From Eledone cirrhosa (Eukaryota): a stretch of 64,000 bases of DNA. This document shows positions 30,001 through 44,759 of the stretch, piece by piece (position 1 is the stretch's first letter; each line of letters begins with the position of its first letter). The notes below the pieces were generated by a model, which saw only the letters and a list, made by a program, of their open reading frames with translations, searched no databases and was not told the DNA's origin. Location: contig OZ024751.1 in assembly GCA_964016885.1 (NCBI GenBank), forward strand, positions 46,004,001 to 46,068,000, given 5' to 3'. The position numbers and the translations under genes were made by a program.

Positions 30001-33000
30001 TGTGTATGGAGTCCTCTATGACAATACAAGTAACTGTAGGCTGTGTATGGAGTCCTCTATGACAATACAACAAACTGTAGGCTGTGTATGGAGTCCTCTA
30101 TGAAAATACAACTAACTGTAGGGTGTGTATGGAGTCCTCTATGGCAATACAACTAACTGTAGGCTGTGTATTGAGTCCTCTATGACGATAGAACTAACTG
30201 TAGGGTGTGTATGGAGTCCTCTATGACAATACAACTAACTGTAGGCTGTGTATGGAGTCCTCTATGACAATACAACTAACTGTAGGGTCTGTATGGAGTC
30301 CTCTATGACAATACAACTAACTGTAGGGTGTGTATGGAGTCCTCTATGACAATACAACAAACTGTAGGCTGTGTATGGAGTCCTCTATGACAATACAACT
30401 AACTGTAGGGTGTGTATGGAGTCCTCTATGACAATACAACTAACTGTAGGGTGTGTATGGAGTCCTCTATGACAATACAACTAACTGTAGGGTGTGTATG
30501 GAGTCCTCTATGAAAATACAACTAACTGTAGGGTGTGTATGGAGTCCTCTATGACAATACAACTAACTGTAGGCTGTGTATGGAGTCCTCTATGACAATA
30601 CAACTAACTGTAGGGTGTGTATGGAGTCCTCTATGACAATACAACTAACTGTAGGGTGTGTATGGAGTCCTCTATGACAATACAACTAACTGTAGGGTGT
30701 GTATGGAGTCCTCTATGACAATACAACTAACTGTAGGGTGTGTATGGAGTCCTATATGACAATACAACTAACTGTAGGCTGTGTATGGAGTCCTCTATGA
30801 CAATACAACAAACTGTAGGCTGTGTATGGAGTCCTCTATGACAATACAACTAACTGTAGGCTGTGTATGGAGTCCTCTATGACAATACAACTAACTGTAG
30901 GCTGTGTATGGAGTCCTCTATGAAAATACAACTAACTGTAGGGTCTGTATGGAGTCCTCTATGAGAATACAACTAACTGTAGGCTGTGTATGGAGTCCTC
31001 TATGAAAATACAACTAACTGTAGGGTCTGTATGGAGTCCTCTATGACAATACAACTAACTGTAGGGTGTGTATGGAGTCCTCTATGACAATACAACTAAC
31101 TGTAGACTGTGTATGGAGTCCTCTATGGCAATACAACTAACTGTAGGCTGTGTATGGAGTCCTCTATGACAATACACCTAACTGTAGGCTGTGTATGGAG
31201 TCCTCTATGACAATACAACTAACTGTAGGGTGTGTATGGAGTCCTCTATGACAATACAACTAACTGTAGACTGTGTATGGAGTCCTCTATGGCAATACAA
31301 CTAACTGTAGGCTGTGTATGGAGTCCTCTATGACAATACACCTAACTGTAGGCTGTGTATGGAGTCCTCTATGACAATACAACTAACTGTAGGCTGTGTA
31401 TGGAGTCCTCTAGGACAATACAACTAACTGTAGGGTGTGTATGGAGTCCTCTATGACAATACAACTAACTGTAGGGTGTGTATGGAGTCCTCTATGACAA
31501 TACTACTAACTGTAGGGTGTGTATGGAGTCCTCTATGAAAATACAACTAACTGTAGGGTCTGTATGTTGTCCTCTATGACAATACAACTAACTGTAGGGT
31601 GTGTATTGAGTCCTGTATGACAATACAACTAACTGTAGGCTGTGTATGGAGTCCTCTATGAAAATACAACTAACTCTAGGGTCTGTATGGAGTCCTCTGT
31701 GACAATACAACAAACTGTAGGCTGTGTATGGAGTCCTCTATGACAATACAACAAACTGTAGGCTGTGTATGGAGTCCTCTATGAAAATACAACTAACTGT
31801 AGGGTGTGTATGGAGTCCTCTATGACAATACAACTAACTGTAGGCTGTGTATGGAGTCCTCTGTGACAATACAACTAACTGTAGGCCGTGTATGGAGTCC
31901 TCTATGAAAATACAACTAACTGTAGGCTGTGTATGGAGTCCTCTATGACAATACAACTAACTGTAGGCTGTGTATGGAGTCCTCTATGACAATACAACTA
32001 ACTGTAGGGTGTGTATGGAGTCCTCTATGACAATACAACTAACTGTACGCTGTGTATGGAGTCCTCTATGAAAATACAACTAACTGTAGGGTGTGTATGG
32101 AGTCCTCTATGACAATACAACTAACTGTAGGGTGTGTATGGAGTCCTCTATGACAATACAACTAACTGTAGGCTGTGTGTGGAGTCCTCTATGACAATAC
32201 AACTAACTGTAGCGTGTGTATGGAGTCCTCTATGACAATACAACTAACTGTAGGCTTTGTATGGAGTCCTCTATGGCAATACAACTAACTGTAGGCTGTG
32301 TATGGAGTCCTCTATGACAATACAACTAACTGTAGGGTGTGTATGGAGTCCTCTATGACAATACAACTAACTGTAGGGTGTGTATGGAGTCCTCTATGAA
32401 AATACAACTAACTGTAGGGTGTGTATGGAGTCCTCTATGACAATACAACTAACTGTAGGCTGTGTATGGAGTCCTCTATGACAATACAACTAACTGTAGG
32501 GTGTGTATGGAGTCCTCTATGACAATACAACTAACTGTAGGCTGTGTATGGAGTCCTCTATGACAATACAACTAACTGTAGGGTGTGTATGGAGTCCTCT
32601 ATGACAATACAACTAACTGTAGGGTGTGTATGGAGTCCTCTATGACAATACAACTAACTGTAGGCTGTGTATGGAGTCCTCTATGACAATACAACAAACT
32701 GTAGGCTGTGTATGGAGTCCTCTATGACAATACAACTAACTGTAGGCTGTGTATGGAGTCCTCTATGACAATACAACTAACTGTAGGCTGTGTATGGAGT
32801 CCTCTATATAAATACAACTAACTGTAGGGTCTGTATGGAGTCCTCTATGACAATACAACTAACTGTAGGCTGTGTATGGAGTCCTGTATGAAAATACAAC
32901 TAACTGTAGGGTCTGTATGGAGTCCTCTATGACAATACAACTAACTGTAGGGTGTGTATGGAGTCCTCTATGACAATACAACTAACTGTAGGCTGTGTGT

Positions 33001-36000
33001 GGAGTCCTCTATGACAATACAACTAACTGTAGGGTGTGTATGGTGTCCTCTATGACAATACAACTAACTGTAGGGTGTGTATGGAGTCCTCTATGACAAT
33101 ACAACTAACTGTAGGCTGTGTATGGAGTCCTCTATGAAAATACAACTAACTGTAGGGTCTGTATGGAGTCCTCTATGACAATACAACTAACTGTAGGGTG
33201 TGTATGGAGTCCTCTATGACAATACAACTAACTGTAGGCTGTGTGTGGAGTCCTCTATGACAATACAACTAACTGTAGGGTGTGTATGGAGTCCTCTATG
33301 ACAATACAACTAACTGTAGGGTGTGTATGGAGTCCTCTATGACAATACAACTAACTGTAGACTGTGTATGGAGTCCTCTATGGCAATACAACTAACTGTA
33401 GGCTGTGTATGGAGTCCTCTATGACAATACACCTAACTGTAGGCTGTGTATGGAGTCCTCTATGACAATACAACTAACTGTAGGCTGTGTATGGAGTCCT
33501 CTATGACAATACAACTAACTGTAGGGTGTGTATGGAGTCCTCTATGACAATACAACTAACTGTAGGGTGTGTATGGAGTCCTCTATGACAATACTACTAA
33601 CTGTAGGGTGTGTATGGAGTCCTCTATGAAAATACAACTAACTGTAGGGTCTGTATGGAGTCCTCTATGACAATACAACTAACTGTAGGGTGTGTATTGA
33701 GTCCTGTATGACAATACAACTAACTGTAGGCTGTGTATGGAGTCCTCTATGAAAATACAACTAACTCTAGGGTCTGTATGGAGTCCTCTATGACAATATA
33801 ACAAACTGTAGGCTGTGTATGGAGTCCTCTATGACAATACAACAAACTGTAGGCTGTGTATGGAGTCCTCTATGACAATACAACAAACTGTAGGCTGTGT
33901 ATGGAGTCCTCTATGAAAATACATCTAACTGTAGGGTGTGTATGGAGTACTCTATGACAATATAACTAACTGTAGGCTGTGTATGGAATCCTCTATGGCA
34001 ATACAACTAACTGTAGGGTGTGTATGGAGTCCTCTATGAAAATACAACTAACTGTAGGGTGTGTATGGAGTCCTCTATGACAATACAACTAACTGTAGGC
34101 TGTGTATGGAGTCCTCTGTGACAATACAACTAACTGTAGGGTGTGTATGGAGTCCTCTATTAAAATACAACTAACTGTAGGCTGTGTATGGAGTCCTCTA
34201 TGACAATACAACTAACTGTAGGCTGTGTATGGAGTCCTCTATGACAATACAACTAACTGTAGGGTGTGTATGGAGTCCTCTATGACAATACAACTAACTG
34301 TACGCTGTGTATGGAGTCCTCTATGAAAATACAACTAACTGTAGGGTGTGTATGGAGTCCTCTATGACAATACAACTAACTGTAGGGTGTGTATGGAGTC
34401 CTCTATGACAATACAACTAACTGTAGGCTGTGTGTGGAGTCCTCTATGACAATACAACTAACTGTAGCGTGTGTATGGAGTCCTCTATGACAATACAACT
34501 AACTGTAGGCTTTGTATGGAGTCCTCTATGGCAATACAACTAACTGTAGGCTGTGTATGGAGTCCTCTATGACAATACAACTAACTGTAGGGTGTGTATG
34601 GAGTCCTCTATGACAATACAACTAACTGTAGGCTGTGTATGGAATCCTCTATGACGATACAACTAACTGTAGGTTGTGTATGGAGTCCTCTATGACAATA
34701 CAACTAACTGTAGGGTGTGTATGGAGTCCTCTATGACAATACAACTAACTGTAGGGTGTGTATGGAGTCCTCTATGACAATACAACTAACTGTACGCTGT
34801 GTATGGAGTCCTCTATGAAAATACAACTAACTGTAGGGTGTGTATGGAGTCCTCTATGACAATACAACTAACTGTAGGCTGTGTATGGAGTCCTCTATCA
34901 CAATACAACTAACTGTAGACTGTGTATGGAGTCCTCTATGACAATACAACAAACTGTAGGCTGTGTATGGAGTCCTCTATGAAAATACATCTAACTGTAG
35001 GGTGTGTATGGAGTACTCTATGACAATACAACTAACTGTAGGCTGTGTATGGAATCCTCTATGGCAATACAACTAACTGTAGGGTGTGTATGGAGTCCTC
35101 TATGAAAATACAACTAACTGTAGGGTGTGTATGGAGTCCTCTATGACAATACAACTAACTGTAGGCTGTGTATGGAGTCCTCTGTGACAATACAACTAAC
35201 TGTAGGCTGTGTATGGAGTCCTCTATGAAAATACAACTAACTGTAGGCTGTGTATGGAGTCCTCTATGACAATACAACTAACTGTAGGCTGTGTATGGAG
35301 TCCTCTATGACAATACAACTAACTGTAGGCTGTGTATGGAGTCCTCTATGACAATACAACTAACTGTAGGGTGTGTATGGAGTCCTCTATGACAATACAA
35401 CTAACTGTAGGGTGTGTATGGAGTCCTCTATGACAATACAACAAACTGTAGGCTGTGTATGGAGTCCTCTATGACAATACAACTAACTGTAGGGTGTGTA
35501 TGGAGTCCTCTATGACAATACAACTAACTGTAGGGTGTGTATGGAGTCCTCTATGACAATACAACAAACTGTAGGCTGTGTATGGAGTCCTCTATGAAAA
35601 TACAACTAACTGTAGGGTGTGTATGGAGTCCTCTATGACAATACAACTAACTGTAGGCTGTGTATGGAGTCCTCTATGACAATACAACTAACTGTAGGGT
35701 CTGTATGGAGTCCTCTATGACAATACAACTAACTGTAGGGTGTGTATGGAGTCCTCTATGACAATACAACTAACTGTAGGCTGTGTATGGAGTCCTCTAT
35801 GACAATACAACTAACTGTAGGGTGTGTATGGAGTCCTCTATGACAATACAACTAACTGTAGGGTGTGTATGGAGTCCTCTATGACAATACAACTAACTGT
35901 AGGGTGTGTATGGAGTCCTCTATGAAAATACAACTAACTGTAGGGTGTGTATGGAGTCCTCTATGACAATACAACTAACTGTAGGCTGTGTATGGAGTCC

Positions 36001-39000
36001 TCTATGACAATACAACTAACTGTAGGGTGTGTATGGAGTCCTCTATGACAATACAACTAACTGTAGGGTGTGTATGGAGTCCTCTATGACAATACAACTA
36101 ACTGTAGGGTGTGTATGGAGTCCTCTATGACAATACAACTAACTGTAGGGTGTGTATGGAGTCCTCTATGACAATACAACTAACTGTAGGCTGTGTATGG
36201 AGTCCTCTATGACAATACAACAAACTGTAGGCTGTGTATGGAGTCCTCTATGACAATACAACTAACTGTAGGCTGTGTATGGAGTCCTCTATGACAATAC
36301 AACTAACTGTAGGCTGTGTATGGAGTCCTCTATGAAAATACAACTAACTGTAGGGTCTGTATGGAGTCCTCTATGAGAATACAACTAACTGTAGGCTGTG
36401 TATGGAGTCCTCTATTAAAATTCAACTAACTGTAGGGTCTGTATGGAGTCCTCTATGACAATACAACTAACTGTAGGGTGTGTATGGAGTCCTCTATGAC
36501 AATACAACTAACTGTAGACTGTGTATGGAGTCCTCTATGGCAATACAACTAACTGTAGGCTGTGTATGGAGTCCTCTATGACAATACACCTAACTGTAGG
36601 CTGTGTATGGAGTCCTCTATGACAATACAACTAACTGTAGGCTGTGTATGGAGTCCTCTAGGACAATACAACTAACTGTAGGGTGTGTATGGAGTCCTCT
36701 ATGACAATACAACTAACTGTAGGGTGTGTATGGAGTCCTCTATGACAATACTACTGACTGTAGGGTGTGTATGGAGTCCTCTATGAAAATACAACTAACT
36801 GTAGGGTCTGTATGGAGTCCTCTATGACAATACAACTAACTGTAGGGTGTGTATTGAGTCCTGTATGACAATACAACTAACTGTAGGCTGTGTATGGAGT
36901 CCTCTATGAAAATACAACTAACTCTAGGGTCTGTATGGAGTCCTCTATGACAATACAACAAACTGTAGGCTGTGTATGGAGTCCTCTATGACAATACAAC
37001 AAACTGTAGGCTGTGTATGGAGTCCTCTATGAAAATACAACTAACTGTAGGGTGTGTATGGAGTCCTCTATGACAATACAACTAACTGTAGGCTGTGTAT
37101 GGAGTCCTCTGTGACAATACAACTAACTGTAGGCCGTGTATGGAGTCCTCTATGAAAATACAACTAACTGTAGGCTGTGTATGGAGTCCTCTATGACAAT
37201 ACAACTAACTGTAGGCTGTGTATGGAGTCCTCTATGACAATACAACTAACTGTAGGGTGTGTATGGAGTCCTCTATGACAATACAACTAACTGTACGCTG
37301 TGTATGGAGTCCTCTATGAAAATACAACTAACTGTAGGGTGTGTATGGAGTCCTCTATGACAATACAACTAACTGTAGGGTGTGTATGGAGTCCTCTATG
37401 ACAATACAACTAACTGTAGGCTGTGTGTGGAGTCCTCTATGACAATACAACTAACTGTAGCGTGTGTATGGAGTCCTCTATGACAATACAACTAACTGTA
37501 GGCTTTGTATGGAGTCCTCTATGGCAATACAACTAACTGTAGGCTGTGTATGGAGTCCTCTATGACAATACAACTAACTGTAGGGTGTGTATGGAGTCCT
37601 CTATGACAATACAACTAACTGTAGGGTGTGTATGGAGTCCTCTATGAAAATACAACTAACTGTAGGGTGTGTATAGAGTCATCTATGACAATACAACTAA
37701 CTGTAGGCTGTGTATGGAGTCCTCTATGACAATACAACTAACTGTAGGGTGTGTATGGAGTCCTCTATGACAATACAACTAACTGTAGGCTGTGTATGGA
37801 GTCCTCTATGACAATACAACTAACTGTAGGGTGTGTATGGAGTCCTCTATGACAATACAACTAACTGTAGGGTGTGTATGGAGTCCTCTATGACAATACA
37901 ACTAACTGTAGGCTGTGTATGGAGTCCTCTATGACAATACAACAAACTGTAGGCTGTGTATGGAGTCCTCTATGACAATACAACTAACTGTAGGCTGTGT
38001 ATGGAGTCCTCTATGACAATACAACTAACTGTAGGCTGTGTATGGAGTCCTCTATGAAAATACAACTAACTGTAGGGTCTGTATGGAGTCCTCTATGACA
38101 ATACAACTAACTGTAGGCTGTGTATGGAGTCCTCTATGAAAATACAACTAACTGTAGGGTCTGTATGGAGTCCTCTATGACAATACAACTAACTGTAGAC
38201 TGTGTATGGAGTCCTCTATGGCAATACAACTAACTGTAGGCTGTGTATGGAGTCCTCTATCACAATACAACTAACTGTAGACTGTGTATGGAGTCCTCTA
38301 TGACAATACAACTAACTGTAGGGTGTGTATGGAGTCCTCTATGACAATACAACTAACTGTAGGGTGTGTATGGAGTCCTCTATGACAATACAACTAACTG
38401 TAGACTGTGTATGGAGTCCTCTATGGCAATACAACTAACTGTAGGCTGTGTATGGAGTCCTCTATGACAATACACCTAACTGTAGGCTGTGTATGGAGTC
38501 CTCTATGACAATACAACTAACTGTAGGCTGTGTATGGAGTCCTCTATGACAATACAACTAACTGTAGGGTGTGTATGGAGTCCTCTATGACAATACAACT
38601 AACTGTAGGGTGTGTATGGAGTCCTCTATGACAATACTACTAACTGTAGGGTGTGTATGGAGTCCTCTATGAAAATACAACTAACTGTAGGGTCTGTATG
38701 GAGTCCTCTATGACAATACAACTAACTGTAGGGTGTGTATTGAGTCCTGTATGACAATGCAACTAACTGTAGGCTGTGTATGGAGTCCTCTATGAAAATA
38801 CAACTAACTCTAGGGTCTGTATGGAGTCCTCTATGACAATATAACAAACTGTAGGCTGTGTATGGAGTCCTCTATGACAATACAACAAACTGTAGGCTGT
38901 GTATGGAGTCCTCTATGACAATACAACAAACTGTAGGCTGTGTATGGAGTCCTCTATGACAATACAACTAACTGTAGGCTGTGTATGGAGTCCTCTATGA

Positions 39001-42000
39001 AAATACATCTAACTGTAGGGTGTGTATGGAGTACTCTATGACAATACAACTAACTGTAGGCTGTGTATGGAATCCTCTATGGCAATACAACTAACTGTAG
39101 GGTGTGTATGGAGTCCTCTATGAAAATACAACTAACTGTAGGGTGTGTATGGAGTCCTCTATGACAATACAACTAACTGTAGGCTGTGTATGGAGTCCTC
39201 TGTGACAATACAACTAACTGTAGGCTGTGTATGGAGTCCTCTATGAAAATACAACTAACTGTAGGCTGTGTATGGAGTCCTCTATGACAATACAACTAAC
39301 TGTAGGCTGTGTATGGAGTCCTCTATGACAATACAACTAACTGTAGGGTGTGTATGGAGTCCTCTATGACAATACAACTAACTGTACGCTGTGTATGGAG
39401 TCCTCTATGAAAATACAACTAACTGTAGGGTGTGTATGGAGTCCTCTATGACAATACAACTAACTGTAGGGTGTGTATGGAGTCCTCTATGACAATACAA
39501 CTAACTGTAGGCTGTGTGTGGAGTCCTCTATGACAATACAACTAACTGTAGCGTGTGTATGGAGTCCTCTATGACAATACAACTAACTGTAGGCTTTGTA
39601 TGGAGTCCTCTATGGCAATACAACTAACTGTAGGCTGTGTATGGAGTCCTCTATGACAATACAACTAACTGTAGGGTGTGTATGGAGTCCTCTATGACAA
39701 TACAACTAACTGTAGGCTGTGTATGGAATCCTCTATGACAATACAACTAACTGTAGGTTGTGTATGGAGTCCTCTATGACAATACAACTAACTGTAGGGT
39801 GTGTATGGAGTCCTCTATGACAATACAACTAACTGTAGGGTGTGTATGGAGTCCTCTATGACAATACAACTAACTGTACGCTGTGTATGGAGTCCTCTAT
39901 GAAAATACAACTAACTGTAGGGTGTGTATGGAGTCCTCTATGACAATACAACTAACTGTAGGCTGTGTATGGAGTCCTCTATCACAATACAACTAACTGT
40001 AGACTGTGTATGGAGTCCTCTATGACAATACAACTAACTGTAGGGTGTGTATGGAGTCCTCTATGACAATACAACTAACTGTAGGGTGTGTATGGAGTCC
40101 TCTATGACAATACAACTAACTGTAGACTGTGTATGGAGTCCTCTATGGCAATACAACTAACTGTAGGCTGTGTATGGAGTCCTCTATGACAATACACCTA
40201 ACTGTAGGCTGTGTATGGAGTCCTCTATGACAATACAACTAACTGTAGGCTGTGTATGGAGTCCTCTATGACAATACAACTAACTGTAGGGTGTGTATGG
40301 AGTCCTCTATGACAATACAACTAACTGTAGGGTGTGTATGGAGTCCTCTATGACAATACTACTAACTGTAGGGTGTGTATGGAGTCCTCTATGAAAATAC
40401 AACTAACTGTAGGGTCTGTATGGAGTCCTCTATGACAATACAACTAACTGTAGGGTGTGTATTGAGTCCTGTATGACAATACAACTAACTGTAGGCTGTG
40501 TATGGAGTCCTCTATGAAAATACAACTAACTCTAGGGTCTGTATGGAGTCCTCTATGACAATACAACAAACTGTAGGCTGTGTATGGAGTCCTCTATGAC
40601 AATACAACAAACTGTAGGCTGTGTATGGAGTCCTCTATGACAATACAACAAACTGTAGGCTGTGTATGGAGTCCTCTATGAAAATACATCTAACTGTAGG
40701 GTGTGTATGGAGTACTCTATGACAATACAACTAACTGTAGGCTGTGTATGGAATCCTCTATGGCAATACAACTAACTGTAGGGTGTGTATGGAGTCCTCT
40801 ATGAAAATACAACTAACTGTAGGGTGTGTATGGAGTCCTCTATGACAATACAACTAACTGTAGGCTGTGTATGGAGTCCTCTGTGACAATACAACTAACT
40901 GTAGGCTGTGTATGGAGTCCTCTATGAAAATACAACTAACTGTAGGCTGTGTATGGAGTCCTCTATGACAATACAACTAACTGTAGGCTGTGTATGGAGT
41001 CCTCTATGACAATACGACTAACTGTAGGGTGTGTATGTAGTCCTCTATGACAATACAACTAACTGTACGCTGTGTATGGAGTCCTCTATGAAAATACAAC
41101 TAACTGTAGGGTGTGTATGGAGTCCTCTATGACAATACAACTAACTGTAGGGTGTGTATGGAGTCCTCTATGACAATACAACTAACTGTAGGCTGTGTGT
41201 GGAGTCCTCTATGACAATACAACTAACTGTAGCGTGTGTATGGAGTCCTCTATGACAATACAACTAACTGTAGGCTTTGTATGGAGTCCTCTATGGCAAT
41301 ACAACTAACTGTAGGCTGTGTATGGAGTCCTCTATGACAATACAACTAACTGTAGGGTGTGTATGGAGTCCTCTATGACAATACAACTAACTGTAGGCTG
41401 TGTATGGAATCCTCTATGACAATACAACTAACTGTAGGTTGTGTATGGAGTCCTCTATGACAATACAACTAACTGTAGGGTGTGTATGGAGTCCTCTATG
41501 ACAATACAACTAACTGTACGCTGTGTATGGAGTCCTCTATGAAAATACAACTAACTGTAGGGTGTGTATGGAGTCCTCTATGACAATACAACTAACTGTA
41601 GGCTGTGTATGGAGTCATCTATGACAATACACCTAACTGTAGGGTGTGTATGGAGTCCTCTATGGCAATACAACTAACTGTAGACTGTGTATGGAGTCCT
41701 CTATGACAATACAACTAACTGTAGGCTGTGTATGGAGTCCTCTATGACAATACAACTAACTGTACGCTGTGTATGGAGTCCTCTATGAAAATACAACTAA
41801 CTGTAGGGTGTGTATGGAGTCCTCTATTGCAATACAACTAACTGTAGACTGTGTATGGAGTCCTCTATGACAATACACCTAACTGTAGGCTGTGTATGGA
41901 GTCCTCTATGAAAATACAACTAACTGTAGACTGTGTATGGAGTCCTCTATGACAATACAACTAACTGTAGGGTGTGTATGGAGTCATCTATGACAATACA

Positions 42001-44563
42001 ACTAACTGTAGACTGTGTATGGAGTCCTCTATGACAATACACCTAACTGTAGGGTGTGTATGGAGTCCTCCATGACAATACAACTAACTGTAGGCTGTGT
42101 ATGGAGTCCTCTATGACAATACAACTAACTGTAGACTGTGTATGGAGTCCTCTATGACAATACAAGTAACTGTAGGCTGTGTATGGAGTCCTCTATGACA
42201 ATACAACTAACTGTAGGCTGTGTATGGAGTCCTCTATGACAATACAACTAACTGTAGACTGTGTATGGAGTCCTCTATGACAATACAACTAACTGTAGGC
42301 TGTGTATGGAGTCCTCTATGACAATACAACTAACTGTAGACTGTGTATGGAGTCCTCTATGACAATACAACTAACTGTAGGCTGTGTATGGAGTCCTCTA
42401 TGACAATACAACTAACTGTAGGCTGTGTATGGAGTCCTCTATGACAATACAACTAACTGTAGGCTGTGTATGGAGTCCTCTATGACAATACAACTAACTG
42501 TAGGCTGTGTATGGAGTCCTCTATGACAATACAACTAACTGTAGGCTGTGTATGGAGTCCTCTATGACAATACAACTAACTGTAGGCTGTGTTTGGAGTC
42601 CTCTATGACAATACACCTAACTGTAGGCTGTGTATGGAGTCCTCTATGACAATACACCTAACTGTAGGCTGTGTATGGAGTCCTCTATGACAATACAACT
42701 AACTGTAGACTGTGTATGGTGTCCTCTATGACAATACACCTAACTGTAGGCTGTGTATGGAGTCCTCTATGACAATACACCTAACTGTTGGCTGTGTATG
42801 GAGTCCTCTATGACAATACACCTAACTGTAGGCTGTGTATGGAGTCCTCTATGACAATACAACTAACTGTAGGCTGTGTATGGAGTCCTCTATGACAATA
42901 CAACTAACTGTAGGCTGTGTATGGAGTCCTCTATGACAATACAACTAACTGTAGGCTGTGTATGGAGTCCTCTATGACAATACAACTAACTGTAGGCTGT
43001 GTATGGAGTCCTCTATGACAATACAACTAACTGTAGGCTGTGTTTGGAGTCCTCTATGACAATACAACTTACTGTAGGCTGTGTATGGAGTCCTCTATGA
43101 CAATACAACTAACTGTAGGCTGTGTATGGAGTCCTCTATGACAATACAACTAACTGTAGGCTGTGTATGGAGTCCTCTATGACAATACAACTAACTGTAG
43201 ACTGTGTATGGAGTCCTCTATGACAATACAACTAACTGTAGGCTGTGTATGGAGTCCTCTATGACAATACAACTAACTGTAGGCTGTGTATGGAGTCCTC
43301 TATGACAATACAACTAACTGTAGGCTGTGTATGGAGTCCTCTATGACAATACAACTAACTGTAGGCTGTGTATGGAGTCCTCTATGACAATACAACTAAC
43401 TGTAGGGTGTGTATGGAGTCCTCCATGACAATACACCTAACTGTAGGCTGTGTATGGAGTCCTCTATGACAATACAACTAACTGTAGGCTGTGTATGGAG
43501 TCCTCTATGACAATACAACTAACTGTAGGCTGTGTATGGAGTCCTCTATGACAATACACCTAACTGTAGGCTGTGTATGGAGTCCTCTATGACAATACAC
43601 CTAACTGTAGGCTGTGTATGGAGTCCTCTATGACAATACAACTAACTGTAGGCTGTGTATGGAGTCCTCTATGACAATACACCTAACTGTAGGCTGTGTA
43701 TGGAGTCCTCTATGACAATACAACTAACTGTAGGGTGTGTATGGAGTCCTCTATGACAATACAACTAACTGTAGGGTGTGTATGGAGTCCTCTATGACAA
43801 TACAACTAACTGTAGGCTGTGTATGGAGTCCTCTATGACAATACAACTAACTGTAGGCTGTGTATGGAGTCCTCTATGACAATACAACTAACTGTAGGCT
43901 GTGTATGGAGTCCTCTGTGACAATACAAGTAACTGTAGGCTGTGTATGGAGTCCTCTATGACAATACAACTAACTGTAGGCTGTGTATGGCGTCCTCTAT
44001 GACAATACACCTAACTGTAGGCTGTGTATGGAGTCCTCTATGACAATACAACTAACTGTAGGCTGTGTATGGAGTCCTCTATGACAATACAACTAACTGT
44101 AGGCTGTGTATGGAGTCCTCTATGACAATACACCTAACTGTAGGCTGTGTATGGAGTCCTCTATGACAATACAACTAACTGTAGGCTGTGTATGGAGTCC
44201 TCTATGACAATACACCTAACTGTAGGCTGTGTATGGAGTCCTCTATGACAATACAACTATCTGTAGGCTGTGTATGGAGTCCTCTATGACAATACAACTA
44301 ACTGTAGGGTGTGTATGGAGTCCTCTATGACAATACAACTAACTGTAGGCTGTGTATGGAGTCCTCTATGACAATACAAGTAACTGTAGGCTGTGTATGG
44401 AGTCCTCTATGACAATACAAGTAACTGTAGGCTGTGTATGGAGTCCTCTATGACAATACAACTAACTGTAGGCTGTGTATGGAGTCCTCTATGACAATAC
44501 AACTAACTGTAGGCTGTGTATGGAGTCCTCTATGACAATACAACTAACTGTAGGGTGTGTATG
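1..44563. repeat. 41-bp tandem satellite array, consensus CCTCTATGACAATACAACTAACTGTAGG(G/C)TGTGTATGGAGT, 1086 full monomers plus a 37-bp partial; continues beyond the left window edge
   Basis: The monomer recurs at 1, 42, 83... Phase is kept at every 60-monomer checkpoint (2461, 4921, ... 44281). The last partial monomer spans 44527-44563 and is followed by unique sequence. Confidence 0.99.
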
Positions 44564-44759
44564 TGTTCCGATTTAGTTCAGAACAATTGTCAGGGTTTTT
44601 ACATCACAAGGGGCCAGAAAATTTAGTCGCCTATTATGATCTACTATTATGATATTAGCGAGCTTAGGTTCGTGGATTGGTAGAACTGGTAGCTTGGTGG
44701 AGTGGTGGATTAGAGTGAGGGATTGTTGGATTGGTGTTGTTGTTGCTGTTTGCAGTGGT

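Noticed and set aside
1-44563. CRISPR array or coding repeat
   Set aside because: Monomers are head-to-tail with no unique spacers, there are no cas genes, the context is eukaryotic, and the ORF track shows no ORF here.
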